Notes: generated by a model not told the origin, from the letters alone. DNA of 64,000 nt from Nitrospinales bacterium (GCA_965223795.1 CBDCXL010000002.1:224001-288000), one strand, 5' to 3'. Shown: positions 46,401 through 56,007, counted from the first letter of the stretch. A program made the numbers and translations.

Positions 46401-46517
46401 TTGTCTCCCCGCATTTTCTTCTTTTAAAGTTCCATCCAGTTTGATCTGCCCGGACGCGATCCAGGGGGAAAACACGATAAAGATGAAAAAGCAGAGGGCG
46501 GTGGTTTTTGCTTTCAT
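40482..46517 (-). CDS. TpsA/haemagglutinin-like exoprotein with two TPS domains fused to TPR-CHAT protease
   Basis: Signal peptide; NLFHSF..NPAGVVFGPNA and NLFHYF..NPSGVFFGPNA; GG.I repeats; TPRs; HIASHG and LSACET. Confidence 0.9.
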   Translation of the reverse strand: MKAKTTALCFFIFIVFSPWIASGQIKLDGTLKEENAGRQLSGPNFSIPSDIGIIKNGNLFHSFEDFNIRAAESATFSLSAGDTGVNNVLSRVTGGNESRIDGLLRSIIPDANFWFLNPAGVVFGPNAQLDIDGAFNAGAANWINFENGDVFGTPDNVNSVLSISKPTDFGFFEGSNATLTVEDSTLAFNKGVNLSGGQVDVTRATIAPASPGSGIEVDQGGEIHLTANGALNVTDSLLETNENGLGSILLNGGDIQVTNSNIRASIDRLDDGETSGTSIVEAFAAAPGVAGDILIQADNSAKLTNTKIETQTSGDRGKGGDIRIEAPLLEIEDASRVATTTTNNIESGRGGGITIVAQERFTLSGKADGSDPSTVETISYGEERGGDITVRTPDLTMDADSTIQVRAESYGDGGDIALRFQENTGPIGDGFALTGGNVKSIVGAKGHGKGGDIHIGFIQDTEFLDSTVAIRDTRIVSTTQYAGDSGSEAAAGGDVFIKAENEVSLVNSIVKSETAGDGEGGRIQVESPVLNMDADSTILSETQSYGDGGDISLAAAGTFALNGGTVKSEVTEDAYGKGGNINIGFIQDTEDPGIYAATVDLDGATVLSSTKYEGTCVGCDDERGSGGGIKIAADEAIELSQTRIESETTGTAAGGEVVVDVPSVSIEEQTALLSSTRFEPSAGGEDNYSPHGGPGGDILVDAVTEFALSGSTIETETTGDGRGGEVEIRSPDVLLENESTVLSKTGDLAKGGGIDIEPCSECGGDFRFHIKDDSLIKVEGGSEYGGRINIFRIGSFGSEVAAEDIVFGTPLDPLADATQQFDFGPGGIVLDGLLEEEGPLVQPSGPDYVITEDMGVADGENLFHYFSEFNLASGESATFTKNPGERIYANIISKVRGGGASSIDGAIISEIPGANFYFINPSGVFFGPNATIDTAGAFVTAAAQPRNFPELGISSENPGSNTTGSGGIITIGGSPSVPGSGSIEILEPSGAITIAGFFGNPTGPVRFQGTQLESPGQLVVVGNEVQVVDGAELVGGGAENHLAIDVYASEAFTLSDSELIANASEGESTSSAPVHFPGGRIIRQNGIEVRSPVVKLLNESEIHSESGIHMSYTGTVSDPSRLTIQEGTVLEAENAGDRSGSILVSGFDEVRSVKLIQSPVVAPPPCPEGCEGNPDEKNTRTVETVDEDIDFALEVTVFDQTYNHIKTACRVRPEGGERGGLRVVKRRGLPASPEDLLMAYHPDIMNAGQALEVAALPPGTQPALAEQFDTNAPQVESARALTEGTRAFRGGNYDKAGEAWKRASKLYASLGNQAARGDALRKLAETQQVQGKFSESIGTLQEALKIAKQTKDKVQAASLLTSLGNANVALGDSKTAKRLLTRGLKLAQETGQSALVTTSLNNLGNLHATEGEFRQALRVYEQSARAAKAGNQNVQFVKALSNGARAALKAGRRDRVRQLLDGAFKWAGSLEDSSEKVAIWIHLAKSYEELADTSAQHEKHGTLKAYESLMGAYRVSKSLDEFRARSFALGNLGRLYKKRGRLDEALYVTRVALNSARTANAPELIYRWLWQEGRILWSMGRRGPALRAYRRAVTILEDTRQESLVQYGSSSAHFHRIVSPVYMDLVDALVQASTILKDPAKSQLFLVEARDTLEKFRASELREYFRDECFGEAETRTVNLEGVSETAAVVYPVLFRDRVDLLVSFPDGIRRFTTPVDQRVVTAEIHKFRQYVERGAEQHSGSARRLYDWLIRPFEMDLHKAGRDTLVFVPDGPLRSVPMSALNDGDEFLVEKFAIAVTPSLTMTQPEPLDRDNVRLLLAGLSEAVQDFSALESVPQEVANIKNIYGGDLLMNQSFTVNNFGSALKSKEMSIVHIASHGSFTGREKENFLLAYDGKIHMDKLRAFIGPTRTRENPIELLVLSACETAAGDDRAALGLAGVAIQAGARSAMGSLWKISDAGTTQLIAEFYQQLKNPGLSKAQALQRAQKKLLASQEFRHPFFWSPFLMINNWL

Positions 46518-46535
46518 GTCCGTTAAGCTCCTGGC

Positions 46536-48236
46536 CTAGTCGAAGGTGGCGGTCAGACTCAGATGGATGCCGTTGTCCTGCAGGTCGTGCTCGCTTTTGT
46601 CGGGCACGTCGCGGAACTGGTGCCCCCAGTGAAACTGCAACAGGATGTCGTCCGTGAAGCCGACGCGCGCTCCCAGCCCGGCGCTCAGCAGGGTCTTCTG
46701 GCCGGTGTTGGGCCGGCCGGTGTTCCAGGAATGGCCGGCGTCGGCGAAGGTGAGCAGCTCGACGAAGCTCGCGCCGTTGTTGCGCTGCCACACGGGAACG
46801 CGGATCTCCAGCGAACCGGAGGTGCCGTTGTCGCGCACCAGCTCGTTTTCCCGGTAGCCGCGCACGCTGGCGTGCCCGCCCACCACGAACTGCTCCAACC
46901 CGAGCAGGGGCGAGTCGGAAAGCTGGGCGTCGCCGCGGAAGATGATCTGGGATTTCAGAAAGGGCAGCCGGTGCGCCCACTGCACCTGACCGAGCCAGGT
47001 GAAAAACTCGCCGTCCGGGATGTTGCCGGGGTTCTGTGTCGCTCCCAGAGCATCGAGCCCGAAACTGAACGTGGATCGGGCGGCGAACACCTGATCGGGA
47101 TCGCGGTGCAGGTAATCCTGGCCGAAGCGGAGGACGGCGACTTCGGACACGCCGCTGTCGGGACCGGCCGAAAAGGAGAACGGCGCGCCCAGCAGGAAGG
47201 TCTCGGTGCGGCGGTACTCGCCGGTCAGAAACACGCCGAAGGTGTTGCGGAGCGAACGCACGAGAGGATGCCGGAGGGTGCTGCCGATGGTGTAGGAATC
47301 GCTGTCGATGTCGAGCGCGTCGAACGGCGCTTCCACCACTTCGCCCCAGCCGCGCCGAAAGTGGACGTCCACGGTGGTGTCGTATGTATTGATGGGAATT
47401 TCGTAGAACGCCTCGATGGTGTGCAGCCCCTCGCTGCCGGAATAGGTCGCGGACGCCCGGTCGCCGATGCCGAACACGTTGTCGTGCGCCAGGGTGAGCC
47501 GGCCCCGGTACGCTCCCACCGAAGGCGGCTGGTAGTTGTCGAAGCCCAGCCGCACCTTGAAGGGATTCGCCTCCTTGATGTTGGCGGTGAGCCGGGATTC
47601 GCCGCGCGCATCTCCGGGCAGCAGGTTGGCCTGGAACCGTTCGATCCGCTCGTCGGCCTGGAACAATTGCAGGCGCTTCTCCAGATCGAACACGTTCAAG
47701 GGTTTGCCGGTGAAACGCTGCAACCGGTTTTCAAAATAGCTTTTGCGGAAGCGGCCGTCGGTCTTAATGTCGATGCCGGTCAACTGGCCTTCGATGATCT
47801 GATAGACAAAGATGCCGTCCTTTATTTCCTGCGACGGGATGACGGCTCCGGAGTTGACGTAGCCGCGGCTGATATACGTCGAGGTGATCCGGTCGCGCAG
47901 CTGCTCCAGTTCCGCCAACGAAACTTTACGGTTGAGGTAGGGAGCGGTGAGCGTTCGTATGTCTTCCTGGGTCAGCAGGGTGTTGCCCACCAGTTGAAAC
48001 GCGCGGACGGTGATCTCGGCACCGGCGGACAGGCCTTTGGTGTCGAATCCTTTGGGGATCGCAATGTCGGGAAGAATTTTTTCTTTAACGGGCGGCTGGA
48101 ATGCGGGGAGTTTGGGACGCTGCTCTTGCGGCCGCACGGGGGATTCGTCCTGCCCCAAAAGCAGAACCGGCTTGAGCAGGAGCAGCCCCGAAATGAGGAC
48201 AAATGCTCCGATCGGCCATGCCGTTTTGTTCCGCAT
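46536..48236 (-). CDS. TpsB (ShlB/FhaC/HecB) transporter
   Basis: POTRA (YISRGYVNSGA), GGHASVRGY, terminal beta strand. Confidence 0.95.
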   Translation of the reverse strand: MRNKTAWPIGAFVLISGLLLLKPVLLLGQDESPVRPQEQRPKLPAFQPPVKEKILPDIAIPKGFDTKGLSAGAEITVRAFQLVGNTLLTQEDIRTLTAPYLNRKVSLAELEQLRDRITSTYISRGYVNSGAVIPSQEIKDGIFVYQIIEGQLTGIDIKTDGRFRKSYFENRLQRFTGKPLNVFDLEKRLQLFQADERIERFQANLLPGDARGESRLTANIKEANPFKVRLGFDNYQPPSVGAYRGRLTLAHDNVFGIGDRASATYSGSEGLHTIEAFYEIPINTYDTTVDVHFRRGWGEVVEAPFDALDIDSDSYTIGSTLRHPLVRSLRNTFGVFLTGEYRRTETFLLGAPFSFSAGPDSGVSEVAVLRFGQDYLHRDPDQVFAARSTFSFGLDALGATQNPGNIPDGEFFTWLGQVQWAHRLPFLKSQIIFRGDAQLSDSPLLGLEQFVVGGHASVRGYRENELVRDNGTSGSLEIRVPVWQRNNGASFVELLTFADAGHSWNTGRPNTGQKTLLSAGLGARVGFTDDILLQFHWGHQFRDVPDKSEHDLQDNGIHLSLTATFD

Positions 48237-48888
48237 GCGGAACCCCTGTGGTGGTGGAAAGATGTCTTTCCCGTTCCCTCCAAAAACAGGAATCACATTC
48301 GTTCGTCCGGCTTTGAAATCCGGCGGGCCGACGCGTGACTTCACCCGCGCGCCCCTCTTTCTGTATCCGATGCCCGGAGTCTACATCCTTAAATTCCAAT
48401 GTGTCAAGACTTTATAGGAAATAATCAGAAGGCTGGCGCGGGAGGTCGAGTGAGAGAAACTTTATTCGCCGGGACTTTCAGGAAGATTTTGCCTTAATGT
48501 TTTCAATTAGCAGGAACTCCCGGAAATTCGATCAAGTGAAGGTCAATTTATAGGAATTACGAACTCCTTCGAAGGTATTTATCCCCATCAGGATAGCTTG
48601 GGATTGGGCATCACTCCGGTCCCATCCGGAATGCACGCGTTCTGCGAGTGGATGCAGGGCGGGTGCAAAAGAATAAACGGCCGCACTGCTCAGCTACCGT
48701 ATTCAACATTCAACGCATCCCCGTCCAGCACCCGAAAAATTTTAATGACCGGGAAATCCTGCCCAACGCATGCGTTCCGGTTGCATCAAAACGGAACCGT
48801 GAAAATTTGATTCTCATTTTTTTTCGGATGGTGTAAAGATGAAACAGAAACCGTGGGTTCTTGTTCCACTCTTATCGAGGACGGAATC

Positions 48889-49899
48889 ATGAATCATCCT
48901 GTGCGGGTCGCAGCATCCAGTCTCTGTTTCACTCTCCCAACCGCTTCTCTTATTTTCTTCGCCTTCTATCTGCTTTTGTCCGGCATGCCCGCCTATGCGG
49001 AAACCGGTCCGGCCGCGGGCGCGCCTCCCGATGAGGAAACGCGGTCGGTGGTGGGCCCGGCGGAAGGGTTCTATCCCATGAAGACGGGCGACTCCCTGGA
49101 CACCGCGCGCAGCAAAGCGCTGGAAAACGCCAAGCGGAAATTCCTGAAGATCGCCAGGAACACCCTCCGCTTTCAACTGAACGTGCGCGGCAAACCGCCG
49201 GTTTACGATATCGCCCGAATGGGCCTTGAAGACCTCACCATCCTGAGGCAAAAGGACCTGGGCGTGGTGAAGCCGGGGAACAAGTACCACGTCGCGATCG
49301 AAGCGAAGGTCGTGTACGCCCTGAAGAAAAAACCGGGCGCACAGGCCGCAGCAAAACCCTCAGGAGTGGGTGCGGGCGGCAAGGCCACGACGGTGAAGAC
49401 CCAGACGCATGCGATTCCCAGCGTGCTGTCCGACCCCAACGCGCCGCTCACGGTTAAGGTGTGGACGGAAAAGAAACAGTTCTCGGAAGGAGAGAAGATC
49501 GAGTTTTTCATCCAGGGCAACCGCGATTTTTACGCCCGCATCCTGAACCTGGATTCGGACGGCAACATGATCCAGCTGCTGCCGAACCAGTTCCGCCAAT
49601 CCTCTTTTTTCAAGGGCAAGAAAAAATACCGCATCCCGGACGGCGCGCAGGGGGACCGGTTCTCGATCATCTCCACCCCGCCCTACGGGACGGACACCAT
49701 CGTGACCCTGGCCAGCGAGGTGCCCCTGGGCACGGTCAACCTGACGCCGGTGGGACAGGGACTGGGGCAGTTCAGCGGAACGCGGGAGAGTTTTTCCAAT
49801 ATCGTGACGCGCGGCATGAAGGTGGTGGGAAAGGATGCCAACCGGCCGGTGGGATTTTACGAATCCACCTGGAAATTCCAGACGGTCCCGAAACAATGA
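48889..49899 (+). CDS. Exported DUF4384-domain protein
   Basis: VWTEK..F.EGE.I.F...NRD.Y...DSDG...LLPN...PPYGTD. Confidence 0.8.
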   Translation: MNHPVRVAASSLCFTLPTASLIFFAFYLLLSGMPAYAETGPAAGAPPDEETRSVVGPAEGFYPMKTGDSLDTARSKALENAKRKFLKIARNTLRFQLNVRGKPPVYDIARMGLEDLTILRQKDLGVVKPGNKYHVAIEAKVVYALKKKPGAQAAAKPSGVGAGGKATTVKTQTHAIPSVLSDPNAPLTVKVWTEKKQFSEGEKIEFFIQGNRDFYARILNLDSDGNMIQLLPNQFRQSSFFKGKKKYRIPDGAQGDRFSIISTPPYGTDTIVTLASEVPLGTVNLTPVGQGLGQFSGTRESFSNIVTRGMKVVGKDANRPVGFYESTWKFQTVPKQ

Positions 49900-49920
49900 G
49901 ACCGGCCGGGGAAACCTGCA

Positions 49921-51466
49921 TCAGGGCCCGTTGTCCGCGAGCAGGCTCACGGGTATCCAGGGCGTGCAGTCGCGCTGGCCGCACAGCGCTTCCTCGGCAA
50001 AGAGTTTTTTGACGTTGCAGTCGGCGAGATCGGCGCGGTCCCGTTCGGCCCGCGCCAGCCGGTTGCCGGGGTCGATCTTCAGCACCTGGTCCCATAGGCA
50101 GATGGCCTGATCCACGTCCTCTTCCTCCTGGTAGAACGCCGCCGTCGCTTTTTCATGCAGCTTCCTGGACAGCATCACTCCTAGTTCCTTGAGTTCCGCC
50201 AATGCCTGCTGGTGGTCCGGGTTGTGGCGGGACGCTTTTTTGAACGCACCGTATGCCTTGAAATCCGCGCTGGTCGTGAGATAGCGCTTGCCCTGCTCGT
50301 AAAACCTGTCGGCCAACGCCAGCCGGTTGCTCTCGATCGCTTTTTCGATATCACGTGATTTTGGCTTTCAACGCCGGATTCTTTTTATCCAGCTTGCGGG
50401 CCTTGAGCAGGATGTCCAGCGAGGCGTCCTCCTGCCCTCCCCGCCTCAGCAGCGCGTCGGCCTTCTGCATGTAGCTTTCCACCAGCAGCGCCTTGATGGC
50501 GCCACTCGAGAGATGCCTGCCGAGCGCGCTTTCCAGTGTTTCGATGGCCGCATCGACCTGCCCCTGCTTCAGTTGCCGGCGCACGTCCGCCGTCAGTCTC
50601 TGCACACCCATCCTGTTTTCGGCGCTGCGGATCAGGCGGCTGGTTTCTTTATTGTTTCCGCCCAACTGTTGCGAACGTTGGAGCAGCTCGACCGCTTTTT
50701 TGAAAACCTTGCGTGCGTGCATGAGCTTTCCGTATTCCATGTACACGTTCGCGCCGAACTGCCTGAGATGCGGATCGTCCGGAAAGTTTTTCAGATCCCG
50801 CTCCAGCGCGGTGACGCTCTTGGCGAATTTTTTCTGCCGCATCATCTGCCGCAGCTTTGTGATCGAGGCCTGAACGGATTGCTTGCCGCGGATCTTGTTC
50901 ACATCGGTGCGGGGGATGCGGATTCGCTGGCCTTCCTTGAGTGAATTGGGGGTTTCCAGCCCGTTGTAGCGGGCGAGCGCATAGAACAGGTACTGGCTTC
51001 CGAGAAAATCCTCGGCGATGCGCAGCAGGGTTTCGTCCGGCTTCACAATGTAAGGCGCGCTCTTTTTTCCAAGCAGAGACACAGGGTCCTTATCGATCTG
51101 CATCAGCAGCAGGAGCGCATCGGGGTTTCCCGGTTCTTCCGAGAGCGCCGCCTTCAATTCCACGCACGCCGGTTCGACCTGCCCCAATCCCAAAAAAAAG
51201 GTCGCCTGCATCAACCGCTCACGCGGCGTGAACCCCGGTTCGGCCCGGTAGCTCGCGTTCACGAGGAACGCCGCAGCCGGAACTGCCCTTGTAACCTGCG
51301 CCCACGCGGCGTCCGCGGTGAACAGGGCCAGCAACAGCAGCGTAAGGGAAACGGGCTTCACGGTATTCAAACCCTGTATGTAGATTGAATTAAATTCCTT
51401 GTTATCATCGTGAATTCGCATCGCGGTCATTCCGTGTGAATGAGTTTTATGTGCCGGGTCAGGCAT
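49921..51466 (-). pseudogene. LysM/TPR protein split by a +1 frameshift near 50353
   Basis: LysM YIVKPDETL..IA...LARYN...GQRIRIP; ...AAA ATC ACG TGA, then +1 frame DIEKAIESNRLALADRFYEQG continuing TPR helices. Confidence 0.7.
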
Positions 51467-51487
51467 GGGGCACTGGCGGCACCTCGT

Positions 51488-52891
51488 TCAGCGGCTCTGC
51501 ACATAGCCCAGGTGGACCCGGCCGATCTCGCGGTTTTTTTTGCCGAACAGGATGGGCGCATTGAAGTCCAGGAATTCGCTGCCGTCCTCGGCTTTGAGGG
51601 TGGAAACCCGCACTCCCTTCGCTTCGAATTCCTGTTCGGGGCTGCCCGGCGGCGTGAACAATTTTCCCAAACCGGAGGGATCTCCGGCGCCGCGCACAAC
51701 GCCGTGTTTATCGAGAACGTACAGATAGCCGAGCGCCTGGCCCTGCAGCGCCCCGAACGACCGTCCCTGCTTGAAACGGTCGAGCACGGTTTTGATGCCC
51801 TGCCACTCGTTGAGCGCCAGATTGATGGTGACCGAATGGGCGAGGACTTTCGCCGAGGCGACACCGGAATCGATGACGATGTTGTGCGGCGTGGTTCCCG
51901 GACCGGAGGGATAAAAGAAGATCCCCGCCGCAATGACAAGCAGGACGCCGGCCGCCGCCGCGATCCACACCCGCGCCGAAACGGGACGTTTCTTTCCCGC
52001 TTCCTGCTCTTCCAGTTTCGCCAATTCCCGCCTGAGCGCCTCGGACAATTCTGCGGCGGACTGAAACCGCTTGTCCGGCTCTTTCTGCAAAAGCTTGTCG
52101 ATGATGCGCGCCACACCCACCGGCAGGTCCGGCACCCGCTTGCGGATGGAAGGATGGGCGTCGTCCCGCGTCTGGCTTTCGAGGGTCTCCACCGTGTCGC
52201 CGTCGAAAGGCCGCGCTCCGCTGCACAGGGCGTACAGCACCACGCCGAGGGAAAACAGATCCGACCGGCCGTCCACCCGTTTGCCCATCCACTGCTCGGG
52301 CGACATATAACCCGGCGTCCCCACCACCATCCCGTGCAGCGTCAGGCGGGTCTGCTTGGGATTTTTGTTGTTCATGGAAGCGATGCCGAAATCGGTCAGC
52401 TTGATGAGGCCGGACTCGTGCCCCATCAGAATGTTCTCGGGCTTGATGTCGCGGTGGTAGATGCCTTTTTTGTGGGCGCACGCGATGGCGTCCGCCAGTT
52501 GAATTCCGTATTGCAGAACCTGCTTCACCGGCAGCGCCCTGCCGGACTCGATGGTCGCTTCCAGCGGTGAGGCTTTCAAAAGCTCCATCACCATGTAGGG
52601 CCGCTCGTCCACCTTGCCGACGTTGTGCACGGTGGCGATGCCCTGGTGCTGGATGGCGGACAACGCCCGCGCGTCGTGCAGGAAGCGCTTTTCATACTGC
52701 ACGTTGCCGCAGAACTCTTTTTTCAGGATTTTCAGGGCGAGGTCGCAGTCCAGCTCGGGGTCGTGCACCTTGAACACCTCCGCCATGCCGCCCTCGCCCA
52801 GCGGCTCGACCACGGTGTACTTGCCGATTTTTTCGTACATGCCGGTTTCGCTGGCTCCGGCGTTTTCGGGTTTGTTCATCCTATCCCCCAT
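51488..52891 (-). CDS. Membrane Ser/Thr protein kinase (PpkA-like, T6SS-linked)
   Basis: LGEGGMAEV, HRDIKPEN, DFG, GTPGYMSPE; TM segment. Confidence 0.92.
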   Translation of the reverse strand: MGDRMNKPENAGASETGMYEKIGKYTVVEPLGEGGMAEVFKVHDPELDCDLALKILKKEFCGNVQYEKRFLHDARALSAIQHQGIATVHNVGKVDERPYMVMELLKASPLEATIESGRALPVKQVLQYGIQLADAIACAHKKGIYHRDIKPENILMGHESGLIKLTDFGIASMNNKNPKQTRLTLHGMVVGTPGYMSPEQWMGKRVDGRSDLFSLGVVLYALCSGARPFDGDTVETLESQTRDDAHPSIRKRVPDLPVGVARIIDKLLQKEPDKRFQSAAELSEALRRELAKLEEQEAGKKRPVSARVWIAAAAGVLLVIAAGIFFYPSGPGTTPHNIVIDSGVASAKVLAHSVTINLALNEWQGIKTVLDRFKQGRSFGALQGQALGYLYVLDKHGVVRGAGDPSGLGKLFTPPGSPEQEFEAKGVRVSTLKAEDGSEFLDFNAPILFGKKNREIGRVHLGYVQSR

Positions 52892-52907
52892 TGGGCAGGA
52901 ATGCGTG

Positions 52908-53648
52908 TCATTGAGGCTGCCGGTGGATGCGGATCACGATCGCGGTCACGTTGTCGGGAGCGCCGTTTTCCAGGGTCCGGGCGATCAGCGTTGCCACCGA
53001 ACTATTGCAGGTGCCGTCCGCCAGGATGGATTCGATCTCGCCGTGATCGAGTACGCTGTTCAGGCCGTCGCTGCAAACCAGGTAGACGTCCCCGTCCTGC
53101 AGATCCCCCATGTTGATGTCCAGCTTGAGTTCGTCGTCCACACCGACGGCGCGGGTGATGACATTGCGCGCCGGGCTGTCCTCGGCCTCGCGCCGGTTCA
53201 AAAGGCCGCGCTGGATCATCTCCTCCACCTGCGAGTGGTCGCGCGTGAGCGGGTTGAGGCAGCCGTCGCGATACAGGTACACCCGGCTGTCCCCGGCCCA
53301 CAGGCAGATGCCCTTGTCCTCAAAGCAGGAAAAGATGACCACGGTGCTGCCCATGACGCCGCCCGCGGCCTGCGACTGCTCGAAGATGCGCCGGTTGGCG
53401 AAAACCAGCCGCGCCTTGAGATCGCCGAGGAAATCCTGCAGCGAGCCTGTGCCGTGCGTCCCCTCCAGCGATTCGATGATGGTGCGGCTCGCCACTTCGC
53501 CGCCGTCGTGGCCGCCCATGCCGTCGGCGACGGCCCAAAGGCCGATGTCCGCGTTTTCCAGGTACGCGTCTTCGTTCAACGTGCGCTCCATGCCCACATG
53601 GCTTTGTCCCGCCGATTGCCAGTGAAATTGTTCGTGACGCCGCTGCAT
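52908..53648 (-). CDS. PP2C phosphatase (PppA-like)
   Basis: NEDA, VADGMGGH, GDSRVY, CSDGL, DNVT. Confidence 0.95.
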   Translation of the reverse strand: MQRRHEQFHWQSAGQSHVGMERTLNEDAYLENADIGLWAVADGMGGHDGGEVASRTIIESLEGTHGTGSLQDFLGDLKARLVFANRRIFEQSQAAGGVMGSTVVIFSCFEDKGICLWAGDSRVYLYRDGCLNPLTRDHSQVEEMIQRGLLNRREAEDSPARNVITRAVGVDDELKLDINMGDLQDGDVYLVCSDGLNSVLDHGEIESILADGTCNSSVATLIARTLENGAPDNVTAIVIRIHRQPQ

Positions 53649-53985
53649 GGCGCTCCGTTCTGTCGCATCGTTTGCGTCCAACCCGACAACCGGCCGCCGA
53701 GGCCACCGGGAATAAAAGTTCACCGCGCCGAATTTTTTCTGCTTCCCTTTTTATCGGATTGAAAAAATATTTTCTAAATATTCAATTTTACTTTTAAAAT
53801 CAGTGGCATTTTTAAAATCGCCGTGATAGGATTTATCCACTTTCCGAAACAGAAAGCATTTTTTTTCGTTGTGGCGAAGAGGACGCAAATATAGCACGAT
53901 TCGACCCGATGCGAAAGTTTCCTGACGAGACCGCTTCCGGTCTTAGGATCCTGCGTCCACGCTGCTCGTAGAGAAAGGAAACCCG

Positions 53986-55380
53986 GTGGCTGTCACGCTC
54001 CGAATCACCGATTCCAACCGGTTGCTGCCCGAAACGGAAACGCTGCGGGTGCTGAACGAAGGAACGCTCACCATCGGGCGGGACGACGACAACGACTGGG
54101 TGCTTCCCGATCCGTCCCAGGTCATCTCCGGCAGACACTGCACGATCGAGGCGGCGGACGGGCGCTACATTCTGCACGACACCAGCAGCAACGGCACCTG
54201 CCTGAATTCGGACCACGATCCCATCGGCCGCGGCAACTCGGTGCCGATCCAGCACGGCGACACCATCCAGATCTTTCAGTTCGAGATCCAGGTTTCGATG
54301 GAAGAGGAAGCGGCCGCGCTGCCGCAGGACTACCTCACGCCCGTCAACGACACGGCGCAGCCTGTGGAACCGGGGGACGCGCCGGGCAAATGGCGGTTCA
54401 ACTCGGCGATTTCCACGCTGGACGAACTGCTGAACCAGTCACCCGAACAGGGCGAACCCAGACTTTCGGACTCGCGGCCTCTCGACTCTGCACCCGAAAT
54501 TCCGGAGGACCCGTTCGCCGAGCCTCAAGGCACGGAATTCATCCCGATGGACGCGGATCTCAGCGCGGCGCCGTCGGAGAACGACCGTTTCCATCCGCCC
54601 AGGCCCATGGGAGAAATTCCCGACGACTGGGACCGCGAAGCGGGAACCGTGGAAACGCCGCCGAAACCCCATCCCAAACCACCACGGCCGCCGGCCGCGC
54701 CGCGGACTCAGCCGCAGGCTGGGAAAGCCGCGAAACCCAAACCGGCGGCCCCCGTGCCCCACGCACCGCAACCGGAGCTGCCCGCCGCGATGCCCGCATC
54801 GGCGATGGGCCCGTTTCTCGCCGGGGCGGGTCTCAAGCACCTCAACCTGACAGAAAAGCAGATCCCGCCCACCCAGAAAGTGCTGGGCGCGGTGTTCCGC
54901 GAAGTGGTCAAGGGCCTGATGGGGCTTTTGAAAGCGCGCAGCCGGCTGAAAAACGAATTCCGCCTCAAGCAGACGATCATCGGCCCCTCGGAGAACAACC
55001 CGCTGCAGTTCGCGCCCACGGTCGAGGACGCGATGGAGAACCTGCTGATCAAAAAGGGAACCGGCTACCTGCCGCCGATCCAGGCGGTGAAAAAATCCTT
55101 CGAGGACATCCAGGCGCACGAGGTGGCCATCCTCACGGGCATGCAGCGTTCGCTGCGGAAAAGCCTGGAACATTTCGACCCGAAAAAGATCGCCCGCGAG
55201 GTGGACGCGAAAAAGGGCCTCGCGCAAAACCTGGTGCCGAAAAAAATCCAGTACTGGGAGGAGTTCGAGCGCCAGTACCGGAAAATGATCCACGAACTGG
55301 AAAACGAGTTCAACAACCTCTACCTGCGGGAATTCGCGCAATCCTACGAACAGCAGATCGAAAAACAGAAGCAACGCTGA
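53986..55380 (+). CDS. tagH: T6SS FHA-domain protein
   Basis: IGR...DWVLPDP...ISGRHC...DTSSNGT; ENNPLQF; AHEVA. Confidence 0.92.
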   Translation: MAVTLRITDSNRLLPETETLRVLNEGTLTIGRDDDNDWVLPDPSQVISGRHCTIEAADGRYILHDTSSNGTCLNSDHDPIGRGNSVPIQHGDTIQIFQFEIQVSMEEEAAALPQDYLTPVNDTAQPVEPGDAPGKWRFNSAISTLDELLNQSPEQGEPRLSDSRPLDSAPEIPEDPFAEPQGTEFIPMDADLSAAPSENDRFHPPRPMGEIPDDWDREAGTVETPPKPHPKPPRPPAAPRTQPQAGKAAKPKPAAPVPHAPQPELPAAMPASAMGPFLAGAGLKHLNLTEKQIPPTQKVLGAVFREVVKGLMGLLKARSRLKNEFRLKQTIIGPSENNPLQFAPTVEDAMENLLIKKGTGYLPPIQAVKKSFEDIQAHEVAILTGMQRSLRKSLEHFDPKKIAREVDAKKGLAQNLVPKKIQYWEEFERQYRKMIHELENEFNNLYLREFAQSYEQQIEKQKQR

Positions 55381-55416
55381 TCTCGCGGGAAAACCTGGGG
55401 AGGCAACTGCAATCCG

Positions 55417-55950
55417 ATGAACCGAGCCACTGCAATGACCAAGGCGTTCGCCGCCATCCTCTTTCCCCTGCTGATCCTCGTGCCGGTGGGGTGCGCCTCG
55501 AAAAAAAAGCCGCCGCTGATCGCGGAACCGCCCTCGACGCAGATCCGCGCCAGCGTGCGTTCCTCGCTGGATCTGAATCCCGATCTCAAGGGCAAGCCGT
55601 CTTCGCTTTACGCCATTCTTTATGAATTGAAAACGCCCAACGCGTTCAACAGTTCGTCTTTCTTTGAACTGTATGACGGCGAGGCCGCGGATTTTGAGAA
55701 CGACATCGTGCGCAAAGAGGAGATCGAGATCGATCCCGGCAACGCGTTTCGATTGCAAAGAAAGCTCAAGCCGGAATCCCGGTTCATCGGCATCCTCGCC
55801 GCCTACCGGGACATTGACAACGCCCGCTGGCGCGCGCTGGCAAAGGTGGAACCGGGAGAGACCACGGATCTCAACATCGATTTCACCCGGCTGGCGGTGA
55901 CGATCCAGAAAGCGCCGCCTGCGCCGGTAAAAGGGAAAGAAAAAAAATGA
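55417..55950 (+). CDS. tssJ: T6SS lipoprotein
   Basis: PVGC lipobox; LNPD..G.PS..YEL; AAYRDIDNARWR. Confidence 0.92.
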   Translation: MNRATAMTKAFAAILFPLLILVPVGCASKKKPPLIAEPPSTQIRASVRSSLDLNPDLKGKPSSLYAILYELKTPNAFNSSSFFELYDGEAADFENDIVRKEEIEIDPGNAFRLQRKLKPESRFIGILAAYRDIDNARWRALAKVEPGETTDLNIDFTRLAVTIQKAPPAPVKGKEKK

Positions 55951-56007
55951 TGCCGGCAGACACGAATGCTGCCAGCAAGACGGATCGAACCCCATAAAAG
56001 GAACGTC

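Noticed and set aside
53760..53985. Sigma-54 promoter for the T6SS
   Set aside because: TGGCA is present but has no correctly spaced TTGC; only a duplicated TTTTAAAATC of uncertain meaning
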